Source: Podarcis pityusensis (taxonomy: Eukaryota). From it: a stretch of DNA of 64,000 nucleotides. Below, in pieces: positions 9,701-22,943 of this stretch. The position numbers and the translations under genes are program-made. The DNA lies in NCBI GenBank assembly GCA_964106645.2, contig OZ067042.1, one strand, 5' to 3'. A model generated the notes under the pieces. It was given only the letters and a program-made list of their open reading frames with translations, made no database searches and was not told the origin of the DNA. Position 1 is the stretch's first letter, and every line of letters begins with the position of its first letter.

Positions 9701-10783
9701 TGCAGAGCTGTCTGGTCCTTCAGCCCTGCAGAGGTTAGCAAGAACCAGTGGCTGAAATCAATATACTCGCTCTGCTTTCCTTTACTCTGAGCCTCTCATT
9801 GGTGGGCCACTTTAAGGATGAGATGGAGCATAACAGGTCAGGGGTAGGCATAGAGTATTAAGGGGGCAAGAAAATAGCATTACTGATAGCGGACTTGATT
9901 TGGCCCTGGAGCTACTGCTTGCTGTTCCCTAGTCTGTGAATCCACCTTGACAAACTCCTTAATCACACACAAACACCATGGTAATGTCTTGTGACCTCAG
10001 TGGCCAGCCTTTCCTTATTTGGACTCGGGGTCTATTTTTTCTCTTGCCTTGTAGGTAAGCTGCTCTAATGCCCCCTGGCATATGTCACTACTTAGCTGTT
10101 TCGATTAGCCACCTGAAGTGACACTGACTTGTGAGATGCAAGACCTTTGCTCACTTAATTTGCATCCAGGCGAATATTGGGCATATATGTGCCCAGGTGC
10201 TATGATAGCCTGTTGTTGCAGCAAAAAATAGCATGCTGTTTGTTACAGAAAAAATGGCTTAAATTAATAAAATGTGTGTGCATATGAGTTTTGAGGAAGG
10301 GGAGAAACATACTTTGTTTTTACCCAATGCACACCCAGGCCACAGCAAGCACCGTCTTAGAAGAGACATTCTGTCTTGTACAGCAGAGAAGAGGCAATGC
10401 CGCTCCTTAAAGTGCCTCTCAAAATTTGTGTACATCTGCTATAAAAAGTCATTTTGTAAAAACAAAACAACAACAACAAAAAACCAGATTGTCGCCTGAT
10501 TAATCCAGGGGACTTTTAAAAATGTTTAACTCAATATTGCAGACCTAATAAATATATTTATTATACTGACTAGATTATCTGTACATAAAATCCAGTTCAA
10601 AACTTGAGAGAGATACTTTTCCTAACAAGCAGTAGAGTGGTTTCCTAGGAAATGTCCCAGTTTGTCAACTGTTCATTTTACCATCTCTATTCAGTAGTAT
10701 TCCTAGAAGCCATAAGATAGTCTCTCTGGACAAACCGAGTTTCCAATTGAAAGCAAACTTTGATTTTAAAACAAATTAAACAA

Positions 10784-10866
10784 TTGTCCAGTAGCACCTT
10801 AGAGACCAACTACATTTGTTCTGGGTATAAGCTTTTGTGTGCATGCATACTTCTTCAGATACCAAC
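10784..10866 (-). mobile_element. Penelope-like element terminal-repeat fragment containing a decayed minimal hammerhead ribozyme
   Basis: Minus strand GGTAT-CTGAAGA-AGTATGCATGCACAC-AAAAGCTT-ATACC followed by ...TTGGTCTCTAAGGTGCTACTGGAC, typical of reptile Penelope ends. Confidence 0.7.
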
Positions 10867-11159
10867 TTCAGATACTAACTTTTGATTTTAAAAGTTACTT
10901 GACAGAAAATACAAGCACACTAAAAGCTTTTCAGCAAGAAGACATCAATATGTCTGTCTTTCAGGCAGTCTTCTCAGAAAGTTACAGTGCATTATAGTCT
11001 ATGGAATCCACTTTTTTCTTTTACTTGTCCTATCACCCTGTAGCCATTGGGTGGTCAGTTGTAAAATCACACAGGGATCCTGCACCTGTATTGTTAAATG
11101 GAAGAGCAAATTTCAACGGCTTTTGGGGTCTTCTGATCAACTTCCGTCTTCTTCTTCCG

Positions 11160-11313
11160 CCAAGGAGTGTGGTGGAGTCTCCTTCTTTGGAGGTCTTTAA
11201 GCAGAGGCTTGACAACCATATGTCAGGAGTGCTCTGATGGTGTTTCCTGCTTGGCAGGGGGTTGGACTCGATGGCCCTTGTGGTCTCTTCCAACTCTATG
11301 ATTCTATGATTCT
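11160..11313 (+). mobile_element. CR1 LINE 3' end
   Basis: VVESPSLEVFKQRLDNHMSG ORF2 end and a TTCCAACTCTATGATTCTATGATTCT octamer tail. Confidence 0.9.
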
Positions 11314-13351
11314 TTGAATCCAGCCACCCTATGGGGAGAAAAGAACATAAGGATAAAATGGAGAGGAGCTGCAGCTGCTTCAGTCAGTCAGACTTCTATT
11401 GTTTATGGCCAATGGCTATTTCATTATAAATTGCAATACATCAACAAGACGATCCACTTAAAATATATCGATTTTCAGAACTGCAAATGACCCAAAATTG
11501 AAATTGAAAAGTTCCCCAAATCATTTAGAATTTTTAAAAAATCCTGTTGACCGTCAATGGTGTTCTGCAAGTGCTTCATCTCTCCACTTCTTTTCAGTAA
11601 TCTTAAAAAAAAGTTGCACTCTTGGCTGCAATTAAGGATGTGAGCTTGTGACTGAGAATTCCTGGTCCGTAGGCAAGGACAAGCTTTGGCAGATCAAGGA
11701 CCAGAATGAGAATTTTTGGCAGACCTGGTTCAGAAATTGGGGAATTTTGATGCAAAGACCACTTGGAGGTTTGTTTGGTTTTTTACAGTGAAGTGGCATA
11801 TAAATTTGATAAAATAAATGCATTAAATGGAGTGATGAAGAGCCTTCCACCCAGGCACTGATCAGGCTCACCAGGCAGTTTCCAACTCAGAGCCCTCACC
11901 TGACATCTTCCTTCACACTCTTGAGTTCTCCGAAGCTGTGGCTTGACTTCACACCACTTCTAATTGTGACAAGATTGACATCAGGTGATTGGCAGCTGCT
12001 TTGGCACCTGTCCCTTCCCCAGGCCTGCCTAAGATTCACAATTGGTCTCAGCTCTTGGAATTCCTAGCATGCTTTCATTCTCTGCAGGGATTTCCCTTTG
12101 ATTCCAAAGCTAATGTGAAACTGTCAGATCAAAGCAAGCCTTCTGCCTAGTTTCTGCTGTGCAAATTTATACTTTATAATTTCATGGCCTCTTCAGCTTT
12201 CCCATGAATCCTCAAAACAGCTTACATTGCCTGCTTCACAGCCTACACAAGCAAACCAACCTAACAGCAAACATAAGCATAAATTACATTACCTACCAGT
12301 TTCATTTAATCACTCAAAATTTGCATAGGATTAAAATAACTTCGATTCTTTACTTTCTTTGTGAAGTCTTTAGCTGCTCGTTGAAGTGGGGCAGGACTGG
12401 AATAAGCTCTAGAGTGCTGAAAACAGAACAGATAATAATAGCAAAAATGAATTCCAGGCTTTCTGATCTTTGGCCTAATTTCTAAGACCAAAAGGATAGG
12501 ATATTTGTTTGTTTTCCTTTTTTGTGCCCCTTAGAAAACAGTGGCTGCTTGTAGGATTAACTGGTAGTGTTGGAGGTTGGGGGGAAGGAAGAGACAATGA
12601 TGTAGAAAGAAGGGGAATATAAACCTGAAAAAGACAAGTGTCTTAAAATGGTGAAATTGATCAGCAGTGCAAGTAAGTAGACATTTTACACATCATGTAG
12701 GCCAAAATCCGCCCTCACTGCTGAACTGCATGTGAAGAACACGATCTGAGGGAAGGAGCTGCCACAGGTACCTGGTCTAACCACTCAACCTCCTTGCCAC
12801 TGAGACTCTTCAGTGATGCATCAAACCTTCACCCAGTTCCCCAAGTTCTCTATGACAGAGTCCTGGATTTCCCTGTCACAAACAACACGTTGCTCTTTCC
12901 CTGCTTCTGTTGTGAGTTGACTGGGACAAGGGCTTGTTGTTGGACGTTAGGAGAGCAGGATTATGGCTGGAACCTCTAACCTCTTCCCCCAGTCCCAGAA
13001 AACCAGTTTCCTCCCTTTCCGCAAAACAATAGACAGCAACGTACCATGTACGACCATGTTACTTACAGCATTTGTTTATATATGATATCCTGCATTTCAT
13101 GGATTCTAAAGAAGTATATGAAATAATCTTGTAAAATCAGACCTTTGCTTAAAAGGTCTGCAAAGCCAGTTTTAAATGGATATTCCTTAACTGGGTACCT
13201 CGGTTTAAAAAGCTCCGCTATCTTATGTATTCATGGGATCCAAACTCCAGGTCCTTATAGAGAAAGACATCCTTAGTTTGGTTATTTCTTTACAGTTCAG
13301 GGAAACAGAATAATCCACTGTAAAAGGTTAAAACAAATGAGAAGACAGCAA

Positions 13352-13380
<29 letters not shown>

Positions 13381-13382
<2 letters not shown>

Positions 13383-13745
13383 TTTATTTATTTATTTATA
13401 CATACATACATACATACATACATACCCCAGCCACTCTGGGTAGCTTCCAACAAAGTACAGTGGTACCTCGGGTAAAGAACTTAATTCCTTCTGGAGGTCC
13501 GTTCTTAACCTGAAACTGTTCTTAACCTGAAGCACCAGTTTAGCTAATGGGGTCTCCCGCTGCTGCTGCGCCGCCAGAGCATGATTTCTGTTCTCATCCT
13601 GAAGCAAAGTTCTTAACCCGAGGTACTGTTTCTGGGTTAGCGGAGTCTGTAACCTGAAGCGTCTGTAACCTGAAGCGTCTGTAACCCAATGTACCACTGT
13701 ATTAAAATGCAGTGGTCTGTTAAACATTAAAAGCTTCCCTAAACA
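13381..13745 (-). mobile_element. L2-type LINE 3' fragment with microsatellite tail, interrupted by a Tigger-like MITE
   Basis: Shares CCCCAGCCACTCTG...AAACATTAAAA.CTTCCCTA with the copy at about 25002-25392; adjacent (AAT)n/(TTTA)n/(TACA)n runs. Confidence 0.6.
13458..13699. mobile_element. Tc1/mariner (Tigger-like) MITE
   Basis: TIRs CAGTGGTAC/GTACCACTG, TA TSD on both sides. Confidence 0.88.
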
Positions 13746-16137
13746 AAGAAACATACCATAGGAGCAAAGGACACGACCCATTCAAAAGAAACCAGGCCTG
13801 GATCAGCAGAAGTGAAATCAAAATAGTTTTTCTGTCAGTTCTTTCCCTCAAAGCACAAGAAAGCTATGCAACATTACTTTTATGTGAGATGTTCATCTTT
13901 TGTGTGTGCATATATTGCATAGAAAGGCAGTTCCCTCCATTCCTTCACATTTTAGTGTCCGTAAGAATGGGGACTATGCAGATAGTAGCAGACTGAGTCC
14001 TACTTGATGAAAAACTGTAAGCAGAGACTGCAAGGAATCCTTATCAACACCTCATGTCGTAGCTGCAGCCATTTTAAGTTTGTGCGGGCGTCAGAGCACC
14101 CCTAGCTTAGATCTTGGGTTGCAAGTCATTTACTGGGGTCCACAGCAGGAAAGATTTGCAAAGTATGTTAATCACAAGTCTTGTGCATATAAATGAGCTG
14201 GGGGGCTAATTTGCTGACTTCAGCATCTTCACATTACCATAATTAGTGTATAGTTTCTTGAGAAGATGTCAAGTGTTGCGCAGTATCTTACTCTTACACA
14301 GTTCTGATCAATTATGAATAAGTGGCAGTTATTAAAGCTGAAGAATGCTATTACTTTTGGGAGTTCTTGTTCCCGTACTCTTTTTGCAAATTTGTCACCC
14401 TCACTTTTTGACACCCTCACTGTGTGGCTAATGAGAGTTTCCACAGTCAGCTGGTTCAACTTGCCCAACATTGTCTGCAGGGAGGGAAGGGGGGGGAGCC
14501 AGCGCATGCGGGGAGAGTGGTCTCCCTGGGAGCAGAAATAAGGGTGGGGACAAAGCAGTTGAAACTGGGAGCCAGCAGCAACAGGGCTTAAGCATCATCA
14601 TCATTATATTAACTGCCTCATCACAGAGCCGTCCCTGCCTGTGAGGGTTGTGGGACTGAGAGAAGGGTCTCTCCCAAAGGTCTCAGAACTCAGATAGGTT
14701 TGTATGAGGAAATGCCGTCTTTCAAAGACCCTGGACCCTGCTTGAGAGGGCAGGGAATGCTGATTTGCTACACCAGCTCACAAGCTTGCACAGTGGACAT
14801 GCTTGGATTTGGACTGTTTCCATCACACAATGGTAGCAGGACTAGCTCAGGATCCAGCCAGGGCCCTAGCTAGGGGGTGGTGCGGTGGGCCCCCACCAGG
14901 GGCGCAGGCGAGGGGGTGGGCACAAAATCATCTTAAAAATATGTCCAGCAGTTTGAGGCAGAGTTGTATAATCCCCATTTAGCAGAAAAACCTGTAGGTT
15001 CTGTAGATAGACGCAGACCTGCTTTAGGAGGAGTGGGGCAGGGATTTTCCATTCCCTTCTGCTCTGAAAACTAAAGCCAAGCTGGTAATTCAAGAAGGAA
15101 AGTTTACTTGAGTGACACCCGTTGCTCACCACGCTGCCTTGGGATGGTACCCCAGCTCAGGTACTGCTCACAAACAAACCACACCTGTATTGTATGGTAG
15201 ATGGCGTGGTTTTCATGAAGTGTGGTGGTAGGACAGGGATTTTGGTGACTGCGCCAGTTTGAGAAGAGTCTGCCTGCATGGCCCATGGTTCCTTGAAATG
15301 TGTTCCTTGAAATCAGAGTTTTCATTAGAGAGAGAGAGAGAGAACGAACTTCTGCCTTGAAGCATCTCACTACTTCCCCAGATCTGTGAGCCATTTAAGG
15401 TCCCGATTAATTTAGAACAAGTGGGGGACAAATGACACCAAGACTTTTGTTCCCCCTCCCATTAATTTATTAAGTAATAATAGGAGGACCTGAGCAGTGT
15501 TTCCTCTGATGCTTTACAGTAATTATACCATCTTTGTAATGCATAAAGATGCATTATATGCAGATAATAATATAATACATAACCCACACATTATGATGAG
15601 GAACATTTTGCTGGTGGAAGAAGTAAGAAAAGGATGTTGAAATTGTACAATGGTGACAGAGACCCTCATCCTATGTCCTTGGTCCAAAGAATTTGTGCCT
15701 GAGTAGTGGGGGTGTCTCGAGATCTTTTCTCTTCCAGAAGAGCTTTTCAGACTGCATGGGGATCACTTCTGAAGATCCCTGAATTTTAGGGGCTGCTTCT
15801 TGAACGGGGACTTCGAAGCTGCACTCCTCTCGTGGAATTGTCTGTGAAGACCTTTGGATTGTGACCTGACCTGGCATTTAAGCAACACAACCTCCCAGCA
15901 TTGTTATTTTGAGCTGGGTTATGTTCAGCAAGAAACACACAGAAGAGTTCCTTTTAAGTTGGAGAAGAAAGTCGATTTTACTTTAATGTTCTCCCACATT
16001 TTGTACTAGTTTTATGTGTGCAGCAAATTTTTAGCTTGGGATGTGAAGGACTTTCAAAAATGCTAACTTCTACCTGCAGTCTCACGTCACCTGCTAAATA
16101 GTTAGATCAGCTTTTGACTGGACTATGATTTAAACGA

Positions 16138-16207
16138 GATTCCTGCATTGCAAGGGGTTGGACTAGATGACCCTTAGGGGTCCCTTCCAACTCCACAATT
16201 CTATGAT
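16138..16207 (+). mobile_element. CR1-type 3' tail (SINE or LINE remnant)
   Basis: ATTCCTGCATTGCAAGGGGTTGGACTAGATGACCC...TTCCAACTCCACAATTCTATGAT. Confidence 0.75.
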
Positions 16208-17811
16208 GCTGTGACTATTACATACCCAGAGCAGATTATATCCCTCCTTGGAAGGAGGACTTGGTTCTCCCCAAGCCAGTGAATCGAAAGTGTTTCACTG
16301 GGTCATTTATAGAGCAGGAATATGCAATGCAAAGCATCACAGATCAGAAAATTATAATCCTATAAGCTTCAGAAGCAGAATTCTGTTACCTAGGTTGTTA
16401 TTTAAATCTGACAGACAGGATGAGCAACAACAACAAAGAGAACTAGAGTCCTGTTGATTCATCCAAAGCAAAATAATTGAGCGAGTTTCAAGAATTGAAG
16501 ACCCAGTTTCAGATCCTGTCTTACTCATGAAGCTGATGAGGAGGCCTTGGGCAAGTTGAACTCTCTCAACCTAGACTAAAATGGCTTCTTTGCACAAAGG
16601 ATGGAATGCAGTGGAGTAACTTATAATTAGTTGGCCTAATTGCGTACCCCAGATGTCCTACTATAATTTGTTGGTGGAAACAAACACTTTTGTCTTCAAA
16701 CAAATCAGAGTACCTCCAGTAAAAATTACAAATGCTTGCAAGATGGTGGCAGAAAGTATATTTCATATTCTGAATGTATTTCATTTTCTCTCTGAACTGA
16801 ATTGCGCCTGAGTCGTACTGCTGTCTGCAGAGACATCTAGCCTCAAATCTTTCAAATTGTCCGCTGAGTGTATCTACATGCTGTCCCAAACCTGCTGACC
16901 AGTGTTTCCATTCTGTGTGTCTCTGAGAGAGGAGTTCAGACAAAGAGCTACTGAACCAGCTTGAAAGAGTTATCAGCTGAAAGAAGAATGGGGAGAGAAG
17001 AGAAAAACCAAGCAATATCTTCTATTTTTATCTGTTCATGCATTTCTGCATGGTTAGGTAGTGGCCTCATTGCCCTGGCCTGCCAGCTACGGTTTCCTGT
17101 AAATGGGATGATGAGGCCGGACTTGCTGCTCAACAATGAGGCTCAACATGAAACTGGAAGCATGTTTTGGTGATGAGCTGCTGCGACCGCGGCAAAAGGT
17201 CATGCAAACACAGCAATTATTGAAGCAAAGAATCCCACCACTTTCCTCTACACACAGGAACTCTTTTTTGTCCTTTAAGGTGTGCTGATTGAAGTGCTGA
17301 CTTTCTCTACTGTGCAAAATACGAATGGCAATACAGTAGCATAACAGACTAAACACTCTGCAGTCTCTTTCCCCTTTAAGCATAGAATAGGAGAGGTGGT
17401 TGGCAATCCATCCAGGGGTTCAGCCCAGCTTCCTGTCTCGCCCTTGATCCTGTATTCCCTCCAATGCATCTCAGATCCTTTCTCCTGTGCCAGCAGAGAT
17501 TAAGGGAAAGACTTCTTTGGCACCTCTGCCAAAGAGCAGCTAGAGGCTTGAATAGGGCCCTCACATTATCATCATCTCACCTGCTGTCTCCCTGGGTCTG
17601 TCTGAGGCAAACAAGGGGAAAGCTCTGCCAAAGACTGCTTTCTGCTCATGATTGCATCTTTTATATATTTCATCAAATATTGCAGTATTACCATTAATAA
17701 AATATCACGTGTATCCTGCCCTTCCTCAAGCAAGCTCAATCTATATCTATCCTGTATTATGAAATGCAGCATTTTTTCCTTAAAGCAGCTTCAGTCTGAA
17801 TGGAGAAGAAG

Positions 17812-18074
17812 AACAATAGCTCAACTGGTTAGAACGTGGTGCTGATAACACCCAAGGTTGCAGGTTTGATCCAAGGTGGGTTGGACTAGAACAGGCATAG
17901 GCAAACTCGGCACTGAGATGTTTTGGGACTACAACTCCCACCATCCCTAACTAACAGGACCAGTGGTCGGGGATGATGGGAATTATAGTCTCAAAACATC
18001 TGGAGGGCTGAGTTTGCCTATGCCTGGACTAGAAGATCCTCAGGGTCCCTTCCAACTCTACAATTATTCTATAA
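17812..18074 (+). mobile_element. tRNA-Ile-head / CR1-tail SINE split by a hAT MITE
   Basis: TAGCTCAACTGGTTAGA..GGTGCTGATAAC..GGTTTGATCC head; the CR1 tail resumes after 18026. Confidence 0.75.
17892..18026. mobile_element. hAT (Charlie-like) MITE
   Basis: TIRs CAGGCATAGGCAAACTC/GAGTTTGCCTATGCCTG; 8-bp TSD GACTAGAA at 17884-17891 and 18027-18034. Confidence 0.9.
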
Positions 18075-18454
18075 TCTAGCTGAGTTTTAAGTTCGTAATG
18101 TGTACCCAGCCATAGTTGATGGTTATGTCTGTACAGAGGGATTTTCAAATCGTCACTCAGTTTTGTCATTGTTGGGCAGGGATTTGAACCCAAGTTTTCC
18201 CTGATCTAGTCCAGTATTCCATCCATTACGTGCTTTATCAAAAAGAACTAGAAGTTAGAACTTCTCCATCTTTTCTTCTAGCCTGATTTCCATCTGTTCT
18301 GTCTTCTTCACCATGCTACTTGCAGCAGGTTTGTGGGTTACCCCTCACTTTCTGTGCTTTGGAAGTAATTGTTAGGAATGCCTAAAAACTAAAGGCTGTG
18401 AAATCTTAAGTTAAATGCTGTGCAGCTTGTCAGAAATGTGCCTTTTTCTTGCAG

Positions 18455-18535
18455 TATCCATAATGGAGTCATAGCTGTGTTCCAGCGAAAAGGTCTTGCA
18501 GAACACGAGCTCTACAATCTGAATGAAGGAGTCAG
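18455..18535 (+). CDS. PRR5: PRR5 coding exon 2
   Basis: ttcttgcag| (S)IHNGVIAVFQRKGLAEHELYNLNEGV(R) |gtgagt; 81 nt, phase 2/2. Confidence 0.96.
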
Positions 18536-20556
18536 GTGAGTCAGATCATCAGATTATACACTTGTCCCAAGACACAGTCATCACCACGGAGGGTCATTGT
18601 TTCATAAGTGATCTGTACCATTTTACTTTATTCCAACTATTGAGATAGTGGCACTGGTGTTAATGACAGTGTGCAGAGATGTGCACAAAGGCAAGCCCTC
18701 CTCAAGGAATTAACGTAGGTTCTGCAGTTGTTATTGGCTTCCATCTTTCTTGAGAGACAATGGAGTGTGCCTTCAGGGGTGAAGCCAAACGGCTGTGTTA
18801 GCAGCACCAAAGTGACCTCCCCGGGGTGCAAGAAGGTAGTTGCCACATTTTTGCCCCTGAAAAGTTCATACAGTTGAAGAGAGGATGATGCAATGCTCTT
18901 TCTAGCTTCCTCCTTCACCTCACTGTGCTTGTCCCTTTTCATACTAGCCCTGCAACTTTTCAGAGGTGCCAGAAAACAGCAGGGCTAATCATCAACCCTC
19001 CTTTAGACAGCAGCAGCCAGTCCTGTTTCGCTGCCTGAGGCGAAATGACAAGGAGCTGGTGCCCCTTGGCTGAAGCCTCACTTACTGGGGTTGCAAGATC
19101 TCGCTCCTTCTCCTGTCTGGGGCAGCAGGGGCAGGCAGGGCAAGGGTGCTGCCCCAAGGAATTCACCACCCAAGGCAGCTGCCTCAGGCTGCCTCATGGG
19201 TGGGCTGGCCGGCCCTAGCTGTAGGTAAAGGAGACATATTTACAGTAAAATCCATTATGTGGTTGCTATAAGCGATAATGCCTTTTATCCTTTTCTTGAT
19301 GCCCACTGAGGCTAGAATTCTCTGCCCCTCCTCCAGCAGCCTTCTTTGTTTATCTGCTGGCTGTGGACAAAGATGCTGTGCCTTCGCCCTGCCCAGCATC
19401 AAAGCAAGCAGGCTTGCAGCAAACGCCTGGAGCGCTGCATGCCCCTGTTCTTCCCCTGCCAGCCCACTGCATTTCTACACTGGCTCTAGATAAGGGCCAT
19501 GTTCCCTCCTGTGGGTACAGCATAAAAGCCAAGAGCTGGCAGGAAAGGTGTAGGTTGCTCCATGTCTGCTTCACCAGGTTGATATATTTGCTCTATATTT
19601 TTCCTAGTCTGTTTTCTACTTATAAGAGAAGCTGGTAAAGAATTGAAGAACACTCTATTCATCCTCTACTGGGCCACTTTTAGGAGTTAAACAAATCTGG
19701 TATATTTTATTTTTTATTATTTGTAGTCTAGGGTTGACTTTGTATGGGTGGGGTAAAAGGATAGGAAGATAAGACCATGAAAAGCTTTCCATGGCTGGTA
19801 AAGCTGAAACAAGCCTCTCCTTTGAAGGTCTTTGCTGCATTTCCTAAGGGCTAGTTGGAATTGTTGTTCTTTCCTGTGCTATATTTTTTGGAGCAGGCGT
19901 ATCTTTCCCCCTGCACTGATTATGTTGGTAAGAATTTCAGATATTTACTGTATAAGAAGAACAGAATTTGATAACAAATATGCTTTTAACATTGTTGAAT
20001 GAATGAGCTGATGCATAGGGAAAAGAGCTGTCAGAGTGGTGGAAGTCTAAGGCATAGAGGGTCACACTTGAGAGAGGGATCAGTTGTGTCAAAGGCAACA
20101 AAGGAAGCAGAGCAAGAGAGAGAAGAGACCTTTGGGCTTGCCAACAAGAAGATTGTCCGTGAACTTAGCAAGGACATTTTGGTGGAGTGCAAAGGGTGGA
20201 AGCTAGACTGTAGGGGGTGAGGAATGGAGCTGGAAGAGTAAGTCAAGTGGGAGTGAGCAGCCTGCTGAAAAATTGAGGAAGACAAGAAGAGAGAGGAAAT
20301 TGTGATAAAGCAGGATATCAGTGACTCAAGCTTTGAGGTATTTTTAGCTGCTTCCAGATGCTGGTAACAGACAAAGCACATTGCATAATTGCTTTGCTAA
20401 CCTCTGCTGTGGCTGTTGCCCAATACAAAGGCAGCTCCTGCCTCTTTCATAAAGGTTTTTGTATATGGCAGTTTTGAATACCTAAGCTACTTTTGTTTTT
20501 CTGAATTAAAATTGAAGGCACCAGGAAAGTTAGGCTCGGCTTACTTTTAAAGCCTC

Positions 20557-21042
20557 ACATCACCTTGCCAACAAAGGTCCGTATAGTTAAAGCTATGGTT
20601 TTCCCAGTAGTGATGTATGGAAGTGAGAGCTGGACCATAAAGAAGGCTGATCTCCGAAGAATTGATGCTTTTGAATTATGGTGCTGGAGGAGACTCTTGA
20701 GAGTCCCATGGACAGCAAGAAGATCCAGCCTATCCATTCTTAAGGAAATCAGCCCTGAGTGCTCACTGGAAGGACAGATTGTGAAGCTGAGGCTCCAATA
20801 CTATGGCCACCTCATGAGAAGAGAAGACTCCCTGGAAAAGACCCTGATGTTGGGAAAGATGGAGGGCACAAGGAGAAGGGGACGACAGAGGGCGAGATGG
20901 TTGGATAGTGTTCTCGAAGCTACCAGCATGAGTTTTACCAAACTGCGGGAGACAGTGGAAGACAGGAGTGCCTTGGCGTGCTCTGGTCCATGGGGTCACG
21001 AAGAGTCGGACACGACTAAACGACTAAACAACAACAACAACA
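20557..21042 (+). mobile_element. BovB (RTE) LINE 3' fragment
   Basis: PTKVRIVKAMVFPVVMYGSESWTIKKA..RRIDAFELWCWRRLLRVPWTARRS..; GGGTCACGAAGAGTCGGACACGACT and a (CAA)n tail. Confidence 0.95.
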
Positions 21043-21332
21043 CTGAGGGGCAAACTAGATGGGATGCAATCTGCAGGTTTTTGTTGTTTGTTTTTACTTC
21101 AGAACAAGCATTCCCATGTGGAATTGCTCATTTTGTCCAGTGCCACTATTTCAGTAAGTGTTATGTGGTTCAACTATGATCTAACAAGGTATTGTGTCAT
21201 TTTTGATAGACGAACACATTTACTCTTGCATGAACATTCACTGGCCACAAAGTACGGTGCATGTACAGCACAATGTGATGGTCACATGATTTTTTAGTAT
21301 TATTATTATTATTATTATTCTCTTTGGAACAG

Positions 21333-21381
21333 GCAACTACTGAAAACTGAGTTGGGATCATTTTTTACTGAATATTTACAG
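21333..21381 (+). CDS. PRR5: PRR5 coding exon 3
   Basis: aacag| QLLKTELGSFFTEYLQ |gttggt; 49 nt. Confidence 0.95.
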
Positions 21382-22885
21382 GTTGGTACAGTTTGCTTTT
21401 TAGTCTTTTACTTTTCCCTCACGCTGTTCACTGAAGCAGTCTGCTGAACAAAACTATTGACAGCAGGCGCTTCTAAACTGAGTCAGTCCCATTGAACTAA
21501 ATAGGACTTACGGAACAATTCCGATGGAGGTCAGGGAGCAGCAGAGCAGCAGATCCACAACCACAGCAGAAGTCCTGTCGGCTCATGTTGGCCAGGGCTG
21601 AAGGTGCAGGTAGGAGCTTTGTCACTCTTGGTGCACCAGCTCCAGTCTGGCACAGCTGAGGGGCCTGAACAGACATGCAGAAGATGCTGCTATAAATTAG
21701 TTCCATTTTATTTATTCAAGTCATATATCTAACATTTAGGGGGGTAATATTTGAAGGACGTTTTCAAAATTATGATATAAAGATGGCCAACATAACATTG
21801 AAAGACTAACGGGGGGCACTTTTGTAGGGATCCTGGCTCAGGCCAGAGGAGTTTAACCTCCTCTCCCTACACACTGTGGCTGCAATGAAAACTAGGGGAG
21901 CCCCACACCTAAGGTTAAGGAATGTTTTGGACCCTGACACGGCTGCTAGCCATAGGGCTGGGTTCAACTAGCTAATCCCAATAGTAGAAGCTTGTGCAAG
22001 GACTTCCATGAGCTCAATAGGGCTTGCACTGATGGAGCAATCTCCTTAGTGCTGTTGTGAATTCCTCCCATAAATTGTGGTTTGATGCTCAAAGAAAACA
22101 GGATTTATCCTTGGCTACCTCCTTCTCCTCACTTTCCCTGAGCTCTGTGTGGATTGTAGCTGAGACAGTTGCAGAGGAGTCCTCCCTAGCTTGCTGGCTA
22201 TTAAATACCTAGCAGCAAGCTTCACGGATCTCATCCCCCTGCAACTTCCTCATAAGACATCCGGAGCTTGCATGCTTGCGAGTTGCCTCCCTTTTGCCTT
22301 GGCAACTGTTTCTACAGCTCTGCAGCTGCTGGCTTCAGCAGACTCTGCCAAGGGAGCTGCGCCAGTGGCTGGTGGCATCTTCTGCTTTTGCACCCCAGAA
22401 CTGCAAGAATATGTGGTTGTTTTTCTACAAGCTCAAAAATTAGAAAGTGACAAAAAAAACCATACAAGTGTGTGATTTCTAAGCCAGCCCAGTCATGTGA
22501 GTTAGCACAAGGTTTTTAAAACAATCCTACACTAAAGGTTCCCCAGTGAGTAATGTGAGGGGTTGAAAGGAAAGCAGGATCTGACCCAGGCTATGCAGTC
22601 CAGTAAAATCCACACTATATAATTCTAGTTTCTTTGCATATTGTCTGTTTCCAGGTTTAATTTTCCTGCTTTCACAGCATCATAAATATTAAGATGAGAC
22701 ATCCCATACATTGCAATTACTATTCACGTAGCCCAGTAGAAGCTGTGAGCAACCCTCCTCTAATGAACTGCCATTAAAAAAAAACCAAAATACCTTGTGG
22801 TTAAAATATGGAAGTAATAATCTATCAATGATTCAAGGGAAGCAGCATAACATAAATGGAAAGTTGTTTTATGTTGTATTTGCAG

Positions 22886-22943
22886 AACCAGCTGCTTACA
22901 AAAGGCATGGTGATCCTGAGGGACAAGATCCGGTTTTATGAAG
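22886..22943 (+). CDS. PRR5: PRR5 coding exon 4
   Basis: ttgcag| NQLLTKGMVILRDKIRFYE(G) |gtaatt; 58 nt. Confidence 0.96.

Noticed and set aside
17109-17290. Possible C/D box snoRNA (ATGATGA)
   Set aside because: No suitably spaced D box or terminal stem found
20565-21179. 204-aa ORF as a host gene
   Set aside because: 5'-truncated BovB RT C-terminus, frameshifted and running into flanking DNA
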